From positions 992,001-1,056,000 of the forward strand of contig CBDASK010000003.1 in assembly GCA_965199495.1 (NCBI GenBank): a DNA stretch of 64,000 nucleotides, read 5' to 3'. Source of the stretch: Abditibacterium sp. (GTDB lineage: Bacteria > Armatimonadota > Abditibacteriia > Abditibacteriales > Abditibacteriaceae). The translations under genes and the position numbers were made by a program. Below are positions 12,218-20,687 of the stretch, in pieces; within the stretch, counting starts at the first letter, position 1; every line of letters starts with the position of its first letter. The notes under the pieces are model-generated. The model was given only the letters and a program-made list of their open reading frames with translations, did no database searches and was not told where the DNA came from.

Positions 12218-14353
12218 ATGACCTCTTCCGATTTATCCATCTTTGGCGGCGTGGCTGCTGTTGTTGACCCCGCCGACATTTCGCCCGAAGAAACGACCGC
12301 AATATTTCCTGACTCCGTTGAACTGGCGTATCAAGCGCACGCGCCGCGTTTGCTCGAAATTTTAAGCGAGGACAAATATCGCGCGCTCACTATTTTTAGC
12401 GTCGCCGACTTGAAAGCCGTCGAAGCCAATGTCGGAGAAGATAAAAAAGGCAAGGCCACGATTCAATGTTTGGTGACGAACAAGCCGCGTCTCGCCAAAC
12501 CCGAAGAAGTCGTACGCCAACTCTGGCTGGCGCGCTTGCTCAACCATTATCACTATCCAAAAACGCGGCTTGCCATCGAATTTCCCGTCACTTTTGGCCG
12601 CGATAACACCAAGCGCGCTGACATCGTGATTTTCGATAAAGATCGGCCCACGGTTCCCTACATCATTATCGAAGTTAAAGCGGTGAAATTGAAGGACGGC
12701 AAAGACCAACTCAAAGCGTATTGCAACGGCACGGGCGCGCCACTTGGCGTGTGGTCGAACGGCGGCGAAACCATCGTTTATAATCGGCGCGGCCCCAACT
12801 TCTTTGTTGAAATCCCCGATTTTCCCGCGTCCAATCAAACCATCGAAGAGATCGTCAATGAGCCTTGGACGCTGGAGATGTTGCGCAAAAAATATCAGAC
12901 GAGGGAACGGCATCGCCCGCTTAAACAGGTCATTGAAGAGATGGAAGACGAGGTTTTGTCCAACGCCGGAGTTGACGTGTTCGAGGAAGTTTTCAAGCTG
13001 ATTTTCACCAAGCTCTACGATGAACTCTCGCATCATCAGGGCGCCTCAAAAGCTAAATTCCTGCGCTTTCGCAACCAGAATACAGAAACCGAGTTGAAGA
13101 ACAAAATCGGCGATCTGTTCGATGAAGCCAAAGAGAAATGGGAAGGCGTTTTCGCGCAGGGCGACCCGATTAAATTGTCCGGCTCGCATTTGCAGGTTTG
13201 TATCGGTGCGCTCGAAGAAGAAGTGCTGTTCAACTCGAATTTAGATGTGGTGGACGAAGCCTTTGAATATCTCATCAACAAATCGAGCAAGGGCGAAAAG
13301 GGCCAGTATTTCACGCCGCGCTGGGTGATCGATATGTGCGTGAAGATGCTCAATCCTAAAGAAACCGAGACCGTGATTGATACCGCGTGCGGCTCGGCGG
13401 GCTTTACGGTTCACTCGATTTTTCACGTTTGGCGCGAGATTTTGCGCGACGAGGGCATCGAAATGTCGCACCTTTTCACGGCGGAAAAGAAGCCCGAACG
13501 GTGCAACGAATACGTGCGCGAGAAAGTGTTCGCCATTGATTTCGATGAGAAGGCGGTGCGCGTGGCTCGTTGTTTGAACCTTATCGCGGGCGACGGGCAG
13601 ACCAACGTTTTGCACCTCAATACGCTCGACTTTCGGCGTTGGAGCGACACCATCAAAAGCTCCGACTGGCAGGACACTTACTACGAAGGTTTCAAGAAAC
13701 TGAAGAAATTGCGCGCGGGCAAACCCAAAGACGACGACAAAGACGCTTATCGCTTTTTCGGTTTCGACGTGTTGATGGCCAACCCGCCGTTTGCGGGCGA
13801 CATCAAACAAAGCGATATGTTGGCGCCCTACGACATGGCGCACAAAGCCAACGGCAAACAGGAAAACAAAGTCGGGCGAGATCTGCTGTTCATCGAACGC
13901 AACCTCGACTTTCTGCGCCCCGGCGGACGCATGGCGGTCGTCTTGCCGCAGGGCCGCTTCAACAATTCGAGCGACAAACGCTTGCGCGAATTCATCGCCG
14001 ATAAATGCCGAATTTTGGCGGTCGTTGGCATTGACGGCAACACCTTCAAACCACACACCGGCACCAAAACCAGCGTGCTGTTCGTGCAAAAGTGGAACGA
14101 CGACGAAAACCTCGGCCCGCTTTGCCTCAAGAAAGACGATTACCCGATTTTCTTTGCGACCCAACAACTGCGCTCCAAAGACAATTCGGGCGACAAACTA
14201 CTGGCGCGCGGCAAAGACGGCAAATTGATGTTCGATGATCACGGCCACTTCGTGGTGCAGCACGATTTGTTCAATCACGAAGGCGAGACGAAGGACGGAA
14301 TTTACGAAGCGTTTCATCAATTCGCCGCCAAAGAAGGCTTGTCTTTTTTTTGA
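12218..14353 (+). CDS. Fused restriction endonuclease / N6-adenine methyltransferase (type IIB/IIG-like RM subunit)
   Basis: N-terminal HsdR_N-like PD-(D/E)xK nuclease (RADIVIFD...IIEVK), GQYFTPR, SAM-binding DTACGSAGF, catalytic NPPF. No helicase HsdR gene nearby. Confidence 0.9.
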   Translation: MTSSDLSIFGGVAAVVDPADISPEETTAIFPDSVELAYQAHAPRLLEILSEDKYRALTIFSVADLKAVEANVGEDKKGKATIQCLVTNKPRLAKPEEVVRQLWLARLLNHYHYPKTRLAIEFPVTFGRDNTKRADIVIFDKDRPTVPYIIIEVKAVKLKDGKDQLKAYCNGTGAPLGVWSNGGETIVYNRRGPNFFVEIPDFPASNQTIEEIVNEPWTLEMLRKKYQTRERHRPLKQVIEEMEDEVLSNAGVDVFEEVFKLIFTKLYDELSHHQGASKAKFLRFRNQNTETELKNKIGDLFDEAKEKWEGVFAQGDPIKLSGSHLQVCIGALEEEVLFNSNLDVVDEAFEYLINKSSKGEKGQYFTPRWVIDMCVKMLNPKETETVIDTACGSAGFTVHSIFHVWREILRDEGIEMSHLFTAEKKPERCNEYVREKVFAIDFDEKAVRVARCLNLIAGDGQTNVLHLNTLDFRRWSDTIKSSDWQDTYYEGFKKLKKLRAGKPKDDDKDAYRFFGFDVLMANPPFAGDIKQSDMLAPYDMAHKANGKQENKVGRDLLFIERNLDFLRPGGRMAVVLPQGRFNNSSDKRLREFIADKCRILAVVGIDGNTFKPHTGTKTSVLFVQKWNDDENLGPLCLKKDDYPIFFATQQLRSKDNSGDKLLARGKDGKLMFDDHGHFVVQHDLFNHEGETKDGIYEAFHQFAAKEGLSFF

Positions 14354-14399
14354 ACAGCCCCTTCGATGAAGCCAATTATCAGGCTTTGTTGAAGGGGCT
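14344..14399 (+). promoter_or_regulatory. Candidate programmed -1 frameshift signal
   Basis: Slippery T_TTT_TTT (14344-14350) in frame directly before the RM TGA, a 5-nt spacer, then an 18-bp stem-loop at 14356-14399. The S ORF is in the -1 frame. Confidence 0.7.
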
Positions 14400-15810
14400 T
14401 AACGCCCAAGAGGTTAAGTTTTCAGATTTGGAAGATACGCTTCGCATTGATTCGGAATATCATTCGCCACATTTTTTAGCGTTAGATAAGAAAATTCGCA
14501 GTGGGAAATTTGATAATCTGGAAGATTTGGGGCGCTTAATTCCTGGCCCGTTTGGTTCGGCGTTTCATGTCGAAGACTTTGTTGAAGACGGAGAATTTCG
14601 CTATGTGCGCGGCAAAGATGTGAAGCCTTTCTTTGTCACCAATAACGACAACGTTTATATGCCCGCTACCGATTTCGAGCGCATGAAAGAATTTGGGCTT
14701 CAGGAAAATGATGTTCTGGTTTCCGTCGTTGGGACTTTAGGTAATGCTTCATTGGTGACAGCGGATGTGCTGCCCGCCATTTACAGCTGTAAAAGCACAG
14801 TTTTTCGTTCAGACGATGTTGATGCGCGTTATCTGGTTGCCTTTCTCAATTCGGAATTGGGCCGTCAATTATTACTTCGCAGAACTCGCGGCACCGTTCA
14901 AACAGGCTTGAACTTGCCTGACTTGAGAGCGATTGAATTGCCACGTTATTCGCCGGAGTTTGAAACCGCAATTGGCGATTCAATCGCCTTGTAAGACAAG
15001 GCGATTGAAGATTCCAAATCGCTCCACGCGCAAGCCGAGACGCTGTTACTTCGTGCGCTTGGTTTGGAGAATTGGCGTGCGCCCGTCACCAACAATTACA
15101 CGGTGCGTTCGGGTTCGGTGTGGGATGCCGCGCGCCTCGACGCCGAACATTTCCACCCGCAATTTCAGGCAATGCTCGACCATGTGAAATTGCATGCCAA
15201 GCGTTGTGAAGTTCTTTCTGAACTTTGTCTTCTTATCGACCACGGTAAACAGCCACCCTACGCGGAAGATGGGCCAGCCTTTTTGTTTTCGCAAAAATAC
15301 ATTGGCAAAACTGGCATCAATTACGATTTCCCCGACGATGAGGGCGCCACGCGCATTGACGGACAATTTGCCGCCGACAATGCCGATTATCTTTTGCGTC
15401 GCAATGACCTGGTTCATTACTCAGTTGGCGCCTATATCGGCAGAACTCAACCATTTTTGGAAGACGAGCCGTTGGCAATGCCAGGAAGTTTCATCACCTT
15501 AATTCGCGCTGACGAAAGCAAAATCCACCCAATTTATCTTGGTTGCGTCTTAAACAGCATAGTTGGCCAGATGCAAACTGATAAAATGAAAAGTGCCAGC
15601 GCGCAGCCCTACATTTATCCAAAAGACATCCGCCAATTTCTCGTGCCATTTGTCGCGCCGGAAATCGAAAGCGAAATCGTGGATTGCGTCGAACACAGCC
15701 ACGTCGCCAAACGGCTCGCCAAAGCGTTGCTCGAACGCGCCAAGCGCGCGGTCGAAGTCGCCATCGAAGCAGACGAGGCGGCGGGACTTTTGCTTTTGGA
15801 GGAAAAATAA
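14350..15810 (+). pseudogene. Specificity (HsdS-like) subunit with two TRDs, interrupted by an in-frame TAA
   Basis: The ORFs 14350-14994 and 15064-15810 are in the same frame. RIDSEY/RLDAEHF repeats, GPFGS, YLVAFLNS/YLGCVLNS, TVQTGLN/SAQPYIY. The stop at 14992-14994 lies in the central helix (SIAL*DKAIEDSKSLHAQAETLLLRALGLENW). Confidence 0.85.
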
Positions 15811-16553
15811 TGAGACTTGAAAGATTTCAAAAATCGGCGCGTATTCCGGTGCGCGTGCGCAACGGACAAATCGAATTTCTTTACGACACCGAATTTCCAC
15901 CGCTCGAAGACGGGGCGTTAGGTGAATTGGTCGTGGACATCAACACCGTCAAAGACCCGGCATGGCAAAAGTTTTTGGTGGCAAAAGAGCCGGTTCTGAC
16001 CGCAGATGCGGGAGATTTCGTCGCCTTTAAAGTAGCCACAGATAAAGGCGCAGACAAATTGAAAGAGCATTTAATTTCTTTCCGGCAAAATCTCGACTTG
16101 ATGAATGCCAAAGTTGATAATCCGCGCGACGCCCAAGGTCTGGCGACATTTGGCGATGGCTTTGGAGTTCTGGGCCAATTGACGACGCCACTAACGATCA
16201 ACTTGCGGGGAGAAAACTTGTCCAAACTTTCTGGAGGTGCCGTTGAAATTCCTGCGTTGCGCGAACTCAAGCGACCTCATCAAGCAATCTCTCTCAATCA
16301 AGCCTTGGTCATGGTGTCACGAACCTTTGAGCCAGAGCGAGAAAGCAACGTTGGTGACGCCTTCCGCGACATCTATTTGCTTACTGAAGGTCGGTGGGGT
16401 TTGCTGGATGCAATCCGAAGTGATTTTGAAGCTCAACACGAAATCGAACGCTGGGAAGCCATAGGTCTTGACCCGCAAAAAGTCCGCGAACGCATCAGCA
16501 ATAAGGGCGGGCTTCTATCCAACGAAACCACGCGCAAAAAACCGCCAATTTAA
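15810..16553 (+). CDS. Hypothetical protein translationally coupled to the S subunit
   Basis: TAATG stop/start overlap at 15808-15812 with GGAGG upstream. 247 aa, starting MRLERFQKSARIPVRVRNG. Confidence 0.7.
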   Translation: MRLERFQKSARIPVRVRNGQIEFLYDTEFPPLEDGALGELVVDINTVKDPAWQKFLVAKEPVLTADAGDFVAFKVATDKGADKLKEHLISFRQNLDLMNAKVDNPRDAQGLATFGDGFGVLGQLTTPLTINLRGENLSKLSGGAVEIPALRELKRPHQAISLNQALVMVSRTFEPERESNVGDAFRDIYLLTEGRWGLLDAIRSDFEAQHEIERWEAIGLDPQKVRERISNKGGLLSNETTRKKPPI

Positions 16554-16627
16554 TCCCAAATCGCCCGATTTTGGCGGCTGATTTCACGCTCAATTTCAAA
16601 CTTTCACGAGGGGCATCTGGATTTGGC

Positions 16628-16795
16628 TTGTCACGGCCTCCTTTCGATCTGTCGCGGCCTCTTTTCGACTCGTCATGGGCTGTTTTTTATCTATCGTGGC
16701 CTGCTTTCTATTCGTCACAGGCTCGATTGCATCTGTCGCGGCCTGCTTTCGATTGGGCGCGACCTCGACTGGATTTGCGGCGTCCCGCTCTCGCT
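16628..16795. repeat. Degenerate 21-bp tandem repeat, about 8 units
   Basis: Units such as TTGTCACGGCCTCCTTTCGAT, CTGTCGCGGCCTCTTTTCGAC and CTGTCGCGGCCTGCTTTCGAT. They translate as 7-aa periodic peptides on both strands. Confidence 0.75.
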
Positions 16796-16882
16796 TTGTG
16801 CTTGTCACTGCTGTGTTATAATGCCTGCCATTCCGGCGTCGCACCCCAATTTTCCAACCGGAATAATTAGGAGACAAAAATT

Positions 16883-17044
16883 ATGTCAGACGACGATTTG
16901 TTACAACGTTCGCGGCTCAAGCGCATTCTGGTGTTCGACGCCAATAACTCCGGTGCCTTCCCCGCGTCGGGCGCGATGCGCGATGTTTTGGCGCGCATGA
17001 GCGCGCTCGATGGTGAACTGGATGAATTGGCGTCTTCGCAATAA
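16883..17044 (+). pseudogene. Short 53-aa ORF or truncated gene with strong expression signals
   Basis: TGtTATAAT at 16814-16822 and AGGAG RBS precede MSDDDLLQRSRLKRILVFDANNSGAFPASGAMRDVLARMSALDGELDELASSQ*. Confidence 0.5.
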
Positions 17045-17172
17045 ATTAGCGAAAAGGACGCGTTCACTGCGCGCAAACCGAAATCGCATATGCGTTTGTG
17101 GACGTGATTTTTGTGGGTTGGGAACAATTGTTTGGCGCTCGCGGTCAATGGCGCGATTCGGAGAGTATTCCC

Positions 17173-18687
17173 ATGTCCAATTCCAAAAACCGCGCTTTTA
17201 TTGCGCTGAGTGCGCTCGCGGGCGGCGCCATTTTGAGTTCGTGCGCTAACTCGCATTCCAACGCTCAAGACAAAGTGATTCCCGTTTTGCAATTCCAGCA
17301 AAACAACGCGGAGCAACCCAAAGTTCGCCTCGTTGCCAATGAAATTCCGGCTCAACCCAAACCCGTGAAACCTGCCGTTTTAACGCCATCGCAATTCGTA
17401 GATTATTCCGGCGCCATCGAAAAAACTGCTGCCATGACGGTTGATGCGCGCGCGCAGCAGATGGCGCGCAAGCTCGGCCTTGAGGTTCTCAATGTGACTT
17501 GGGAAGACACCGGGCGCTACAAAGATTCGAGCGTCGGGCCGAACATTTCGGACATGACGATTCAGGTCGCGGCGCGCGATCCGCGCACCGAGAAGCTCGC
17601 CGTGGCTGCGATGCCGGTGATTCGTCAGCCCAATTTTTCCGATGTGACCGCCGACCTTGATCCGCGCGAATTCACGATTTTGGTTGGCAATCAGGCGAGC
17701 CGCGCGCTCAAACGCGTTTCCCTCGCCGATTTTTTGAATGCGCCAACCGCGTTTATGACGCGCCCGTGGAAATGGAAAGGCGACAAACAAACGCTGAGTG
17801 CGCCGCGCGACTCGAAAGTTTTGGTTTCGGCGCAAGCCTGCTTTTTGCCGATTCCCAAACAGGGCGAAGCAGTTTTTAATCCGGTGATTTTCAATTACCA
17901 ATCGGTCAAAGACGATCCGGCGGTTCTGACGATTTTGGCCACGCGCGAAGGCACTTCGATGACCATCATTGACAACACGCGCGACGCGTTTGAAACCGGA
18001 AGCGTGTGGGGCCAGCGTTTGTTTCATAACGCCAACGGCGAGCGCGCGTCGCTGACGGGCAAACGCGAAAGCGATTTCGTCAAAGCCAATCCGGGCACCG
18101 GAAAGAGCGCGCCGCAAGCGGGCAAAGAGAGCGGTTTGAACATGGTTTTGCTGATTCAAGTCCCGCTTAAACAGAAAAACCCGATGAACTTTGGGATGGC
18201 GATGGACAAGGCCGCGCCAATGGCAGCGCCGCCGATGGAGCGAAGCCGCGCCCGCAGCGATGTCGAAAACGCGGTTATCGGGCACGGCGCGCTCGAAGGC
18301 AAGTTCACCGAAACCGATGGCGGCGAAATCGAGCGCGACCCGCAGTTTCCCGTCCGCGTGACGGTGCAGTTTTATAAAGCGACTTCCAACGGCGTGGTTT
18401 CGGAAAACGATTTGAAAGAGATCAAAACGCAGATTAATCGCGTTTATTCGCGCAGCGCTTACGTCGGAAGTCTGGTGACGGGCGGCGAAACCGGGCGCGT
18501 CACCGAATACGAAGGCGTCAAAGTGCAACCGGCGGATTGGTGGCAGCAGTTTTGGAAGCGCCACGAAAGGGATACCGGCGATTCGCGCGAAGTGGCGCTC
18601 GCCAAATTGCGCAAATTATTGGGCGATGACTATCTCAATCGTCCGGTGAGCGATTTGTATTTGCGAGATTTACTGCGCCGAACTTAA
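17173..18687 (+). CDS. Conserved hypothetical lipoprotein
   Basis: Signal peptide with lipobox (ILSSC), long ORF with host-like codon use, conserved-looking NVTWEDTGRYKDSSVGPNISDMTIQV segment. Confidence 0.8.
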   Translation: MSNSKNRAFIALSALAGGAILSSCANSHSNAQDKVIPVLQFQQNNAEQPKVRLVANEIPAQPKPVKPAVLTPSQFVDYSGAIEKTAAMTVDARAQQMARKLGLEVLNVTWEDTGRYKDSSVGPNISDMTIQVAARDPRTEKLAVAAMPVIRQPNFSDVTADLDPREFTILVGNQASRALKRVSLADFLNAPTAFMTRPWKWKGDKQTLSAPRDSKVLVSAQACFLPIPKQGEAVFNPVIFNYQSVKDDPAVLTILATREGTSMTIIDNTRDAFETGSVWGQRLFHNANGERASLTGKRESDFVKANPGTGKSAPQAGKESGLNMVLLIQVPLKQKNPMNFGMAMDKAAPMAAPPMERSRARSDVENAVIGHGALEGKFTETDGGEIERDPQFPVRVTVQFYKATSNGVVSENDLKEIKTQINRVYSRSAYVGSLVTGGETGRVTEYEGVKVQPADWWQQFWKRHERDTGDSREVALAKLRKLLGDDYLNRPVSDLYLRDLLRRT

Positions 18688-18775
18688 CCGATGCCAAGAA
18701 ATCCGCCACGCAATCGCACGCGCAAGCGGCTGACGTGAGGCATTAATTATAGTCGTTCTCGTCAATCAAGATAAA

Positions 18776-18807
18776 AACGGGCCGCATTCGAGAAAATGTG
18801 GCCCGTT
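18776..18807. terminator. Probable terminator hairpin between convergent ORFs
   Basis: AACGGGCCGCATT / AATGTGGCCCGTT stem preceded by an A tract. Confidence 0.55.
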
Positions 18808-18811
18808 ACGT

Positions 18812-19203
18812 TTAATCCACGGGAGTTACATCGTTTCCGGGATACCACTTGTGGGAAATCTCAAAGCCTTCCATATCCTGATAGTTTAGTTTACGATTGT
18901 GATAAATTAACCCGAAATAGCCCATTTGTTCCGGCGTGAGCGTCGTCGTGGTTGCCGGAACTTTGTAATATTTGTGGGCGATTTTGAGCAAAACCTTATT
19001 CAGTTCTGCTTGTCCTGCGGGCGTGCCGCTCCACAGAAAGTTGCGGCGTGCATCGCGCATGGTGACGTAGCGGCCATCGCCTTTGAGGGTTGAGGTTTGT
19101 TCGACGGGCGTGGCTTCGCGGCCAAAACCGGCGCGATAGAAGCGCGTAAGACCGATTGCAATTTTTCGTTGGAATCGTCTTGCAGTTGCAAAACGAAGAA
19201 TAG
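18812..19203 (-). pseudogene. 5'-truncated hypothetical gene
   Basis: The frame of the 82-aa ORF stays open upstream (...FYRAGFGREATPVEQTSTLKGDGRYVTMRDARRNFLW...) to about 19203 without a good start codon. Confidence 0.4.
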
Positions 19204-19427
19204 ATTACGCGCTCGAACAGACGGCCAAAACGGGCATCGGCTCGGGCGCCATTGCCGATGCCGCGACCGGTCTGGGCAGTCGGATTTTCGCCTTTGAATT
19301 TCTGGCCGGCCCCTACGCCGTGGCTCATCTGCGGCTGACGCAGACCATCAAAGCTCGAAGCGGTCATCTCCGATTCTTTCTTGTCAACGACAACTTCTAC
19401 TGCATCAAACGTTTCAACTCCTATTGA
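19200..19427 (+). pseudogene. Fragment of an N6-adenine methyltransferase (type ISP/IIG-like)
   Basis: Manual translation IDYALEQTAKTGIGSGAIADAATGLGSRIFAFEFLAGPYAVAHLRLTQTIK resembles the FE(L/I)LxGPYAVAHLRL segment of single-polypeptide RM methylases. No start codon. The resemblance is from memory, not a search. Confidence 0.55.
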
Positions 19428-19448
19428 GACGCTACCCAAAACTCGCCG

Positions 19449-20597
19449 TTAATTCGCGGCGGGTTTGGCTTTGCGCCGGGCGCGCCGTTCGAGCGGCGCG
19501 CGGTGTTTAAGGTCTATCATCGAGCGGTCGCCGATCCACTGCGCGGGCGGCGCGGCGAAGTGTTTCGCCATCTCGTTCAGGCCTGCCGCGTATTGCGCGC
19601 GATGCGTTTTGAAATCGGCCCACGCTTCGTCGGCGGGGCGCAGCGAAAACCCGGCACGCTGCAAGCGAGCGCGCGCCATGTCGAACTCGCTGCGTTCGAC
19701 GCCAACGGGTGGGCTTTCGTCTTCGTCGAAGCGAAAACCCATCCAATGCGACAAATCCACCACGGTGTGCGTGCCCATGCGAAACATCAGGTGGGCCGCA
19801 CCAATCGGCGTGGCTCCACATTTGTCGCAGGGCGCCACGGTCGTTAAGAGCAACGTCGCGCTATCCAAAACCGCGCCCAAAGCGGCCAACCAACTTTCGT
19901 TATCGTGGCTCGAACGGAAAAACAACAAAATCGGATAGGCGATATGACTCTGTAAAACTTGCGCCGACCACACTTCCCATTGATCGAAAAGATCGGGCAG
20001 TTTTTCCAACAAACCCAACCGCGAATAATTTTCTAAAAGCGCTACGCCCGAAGGCGGGCTGCCCGCGCGCGCATCCAGTCCCAGCGCCAAAACTTCGCGG
20101 CGCTCGAAGGCGTTGTAAAGTGTGAACAGCAGCGAAATCACGAGGGCGAACACGGCCAAACCGGACGCGCCCGCCATCAGAGCGAGCGTGCGTGCGAACA
20201 AATCGGTCGGCGCGTAATCGCCGAAGCCGATGGTCAAAAGCGTCACGCCCGCGATATAAATCGCCTCACCGGGCGAATGGACGGTGGGCGTGAAATGCGA
20301 GCGCAACGACCAGAAAACGATGCCAAAACCCAGCAGCAAACAACTCACCCACAAAACCAGAGTCAGCATCAACGCAAAGGGCGCGAAGGTGCCCAGAAAG
20401 TCTTCGCGCGAGTCGCCTTCGGGCTTGCGATGCGCCAGATTGCGCCACAATGGCCACAGCCGGTCAGTGAAAACCGGCGCGATGCGCCAGCGCCGCGAAC
20501 TCCAACGCGGCACGATCACACTTTGAAAAATATCGTGCAAAACCAGCACGACCAAAACGCAACCGACCAGCATTTCAAAATCTTGGAAAAATGTCAT
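19449..20597 (-). CDS. Potassium channel family (Ion_trans_2) protein
   Basis: TM helices, pore-like TLLTIGFGD, and C-terminal SHIAYPILLFFRS...SWLAALGAVLD. Confidence 0.85.
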   Translation of the reverse strand: MTFFQDFEMLVGCVLVVLVLHDIFQSVIVPRWSSRRWRIAPVFTDRLWPLWRNLAHRKPEGDSREDFLGTFAPFALMLTLVLWVSCLLLGFGIVFWSLRSHFTPTVHSPGEAIYIAGVTLLTIGFGDYAPTDLFARTLALMAGASGLAVFALVISLLFTLYNAFERREVLALGLDARAGSPPSGVALLENYSRLGLLEKLPDLFDQWEVWSAQVLQSHIAYPILLFFRSSHDNESWLAALGAVLDSATLLLTTVAPCDKCGATPIGAAHLMFRMGTHTVVDLSHWMGFRFDEDESPPVGVERSEFDMARARLQRAGFSLRPADEAWADFKTHRAQYAAGLNEMAKHFAAPPAQWIGDRSMIDLKHRAPLERRARRKAKPAAN

Positions 20598-20687
20598 TTA
20601 AAATTAGATTTACGATTGGTCGTCATCCATAGGTCATACGCCCAACGAAGTCACGAATTCAGTTTGTCGAATCACGCAATTTCCCAT

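Noticed and set aside
14992..14994. Stop-codon readthrough or selenocysteine/pyrrolysine recoding in the S gene
   Set aside because: The codon is TAA, not TGA or TAG, and TAA is the normal stop for many genes in this window.
15684..15810. Upstream extension of the hypothetical ORF
   Set aside because: It overlaps the S-subunit C-terminus. The GGAGG RBS and TAATG coupling favour 15810.
16628..16795. CRISPR array
   Set aside because: Units are contiguous and degenerate with no unique spacers. No cas genes are in the window.
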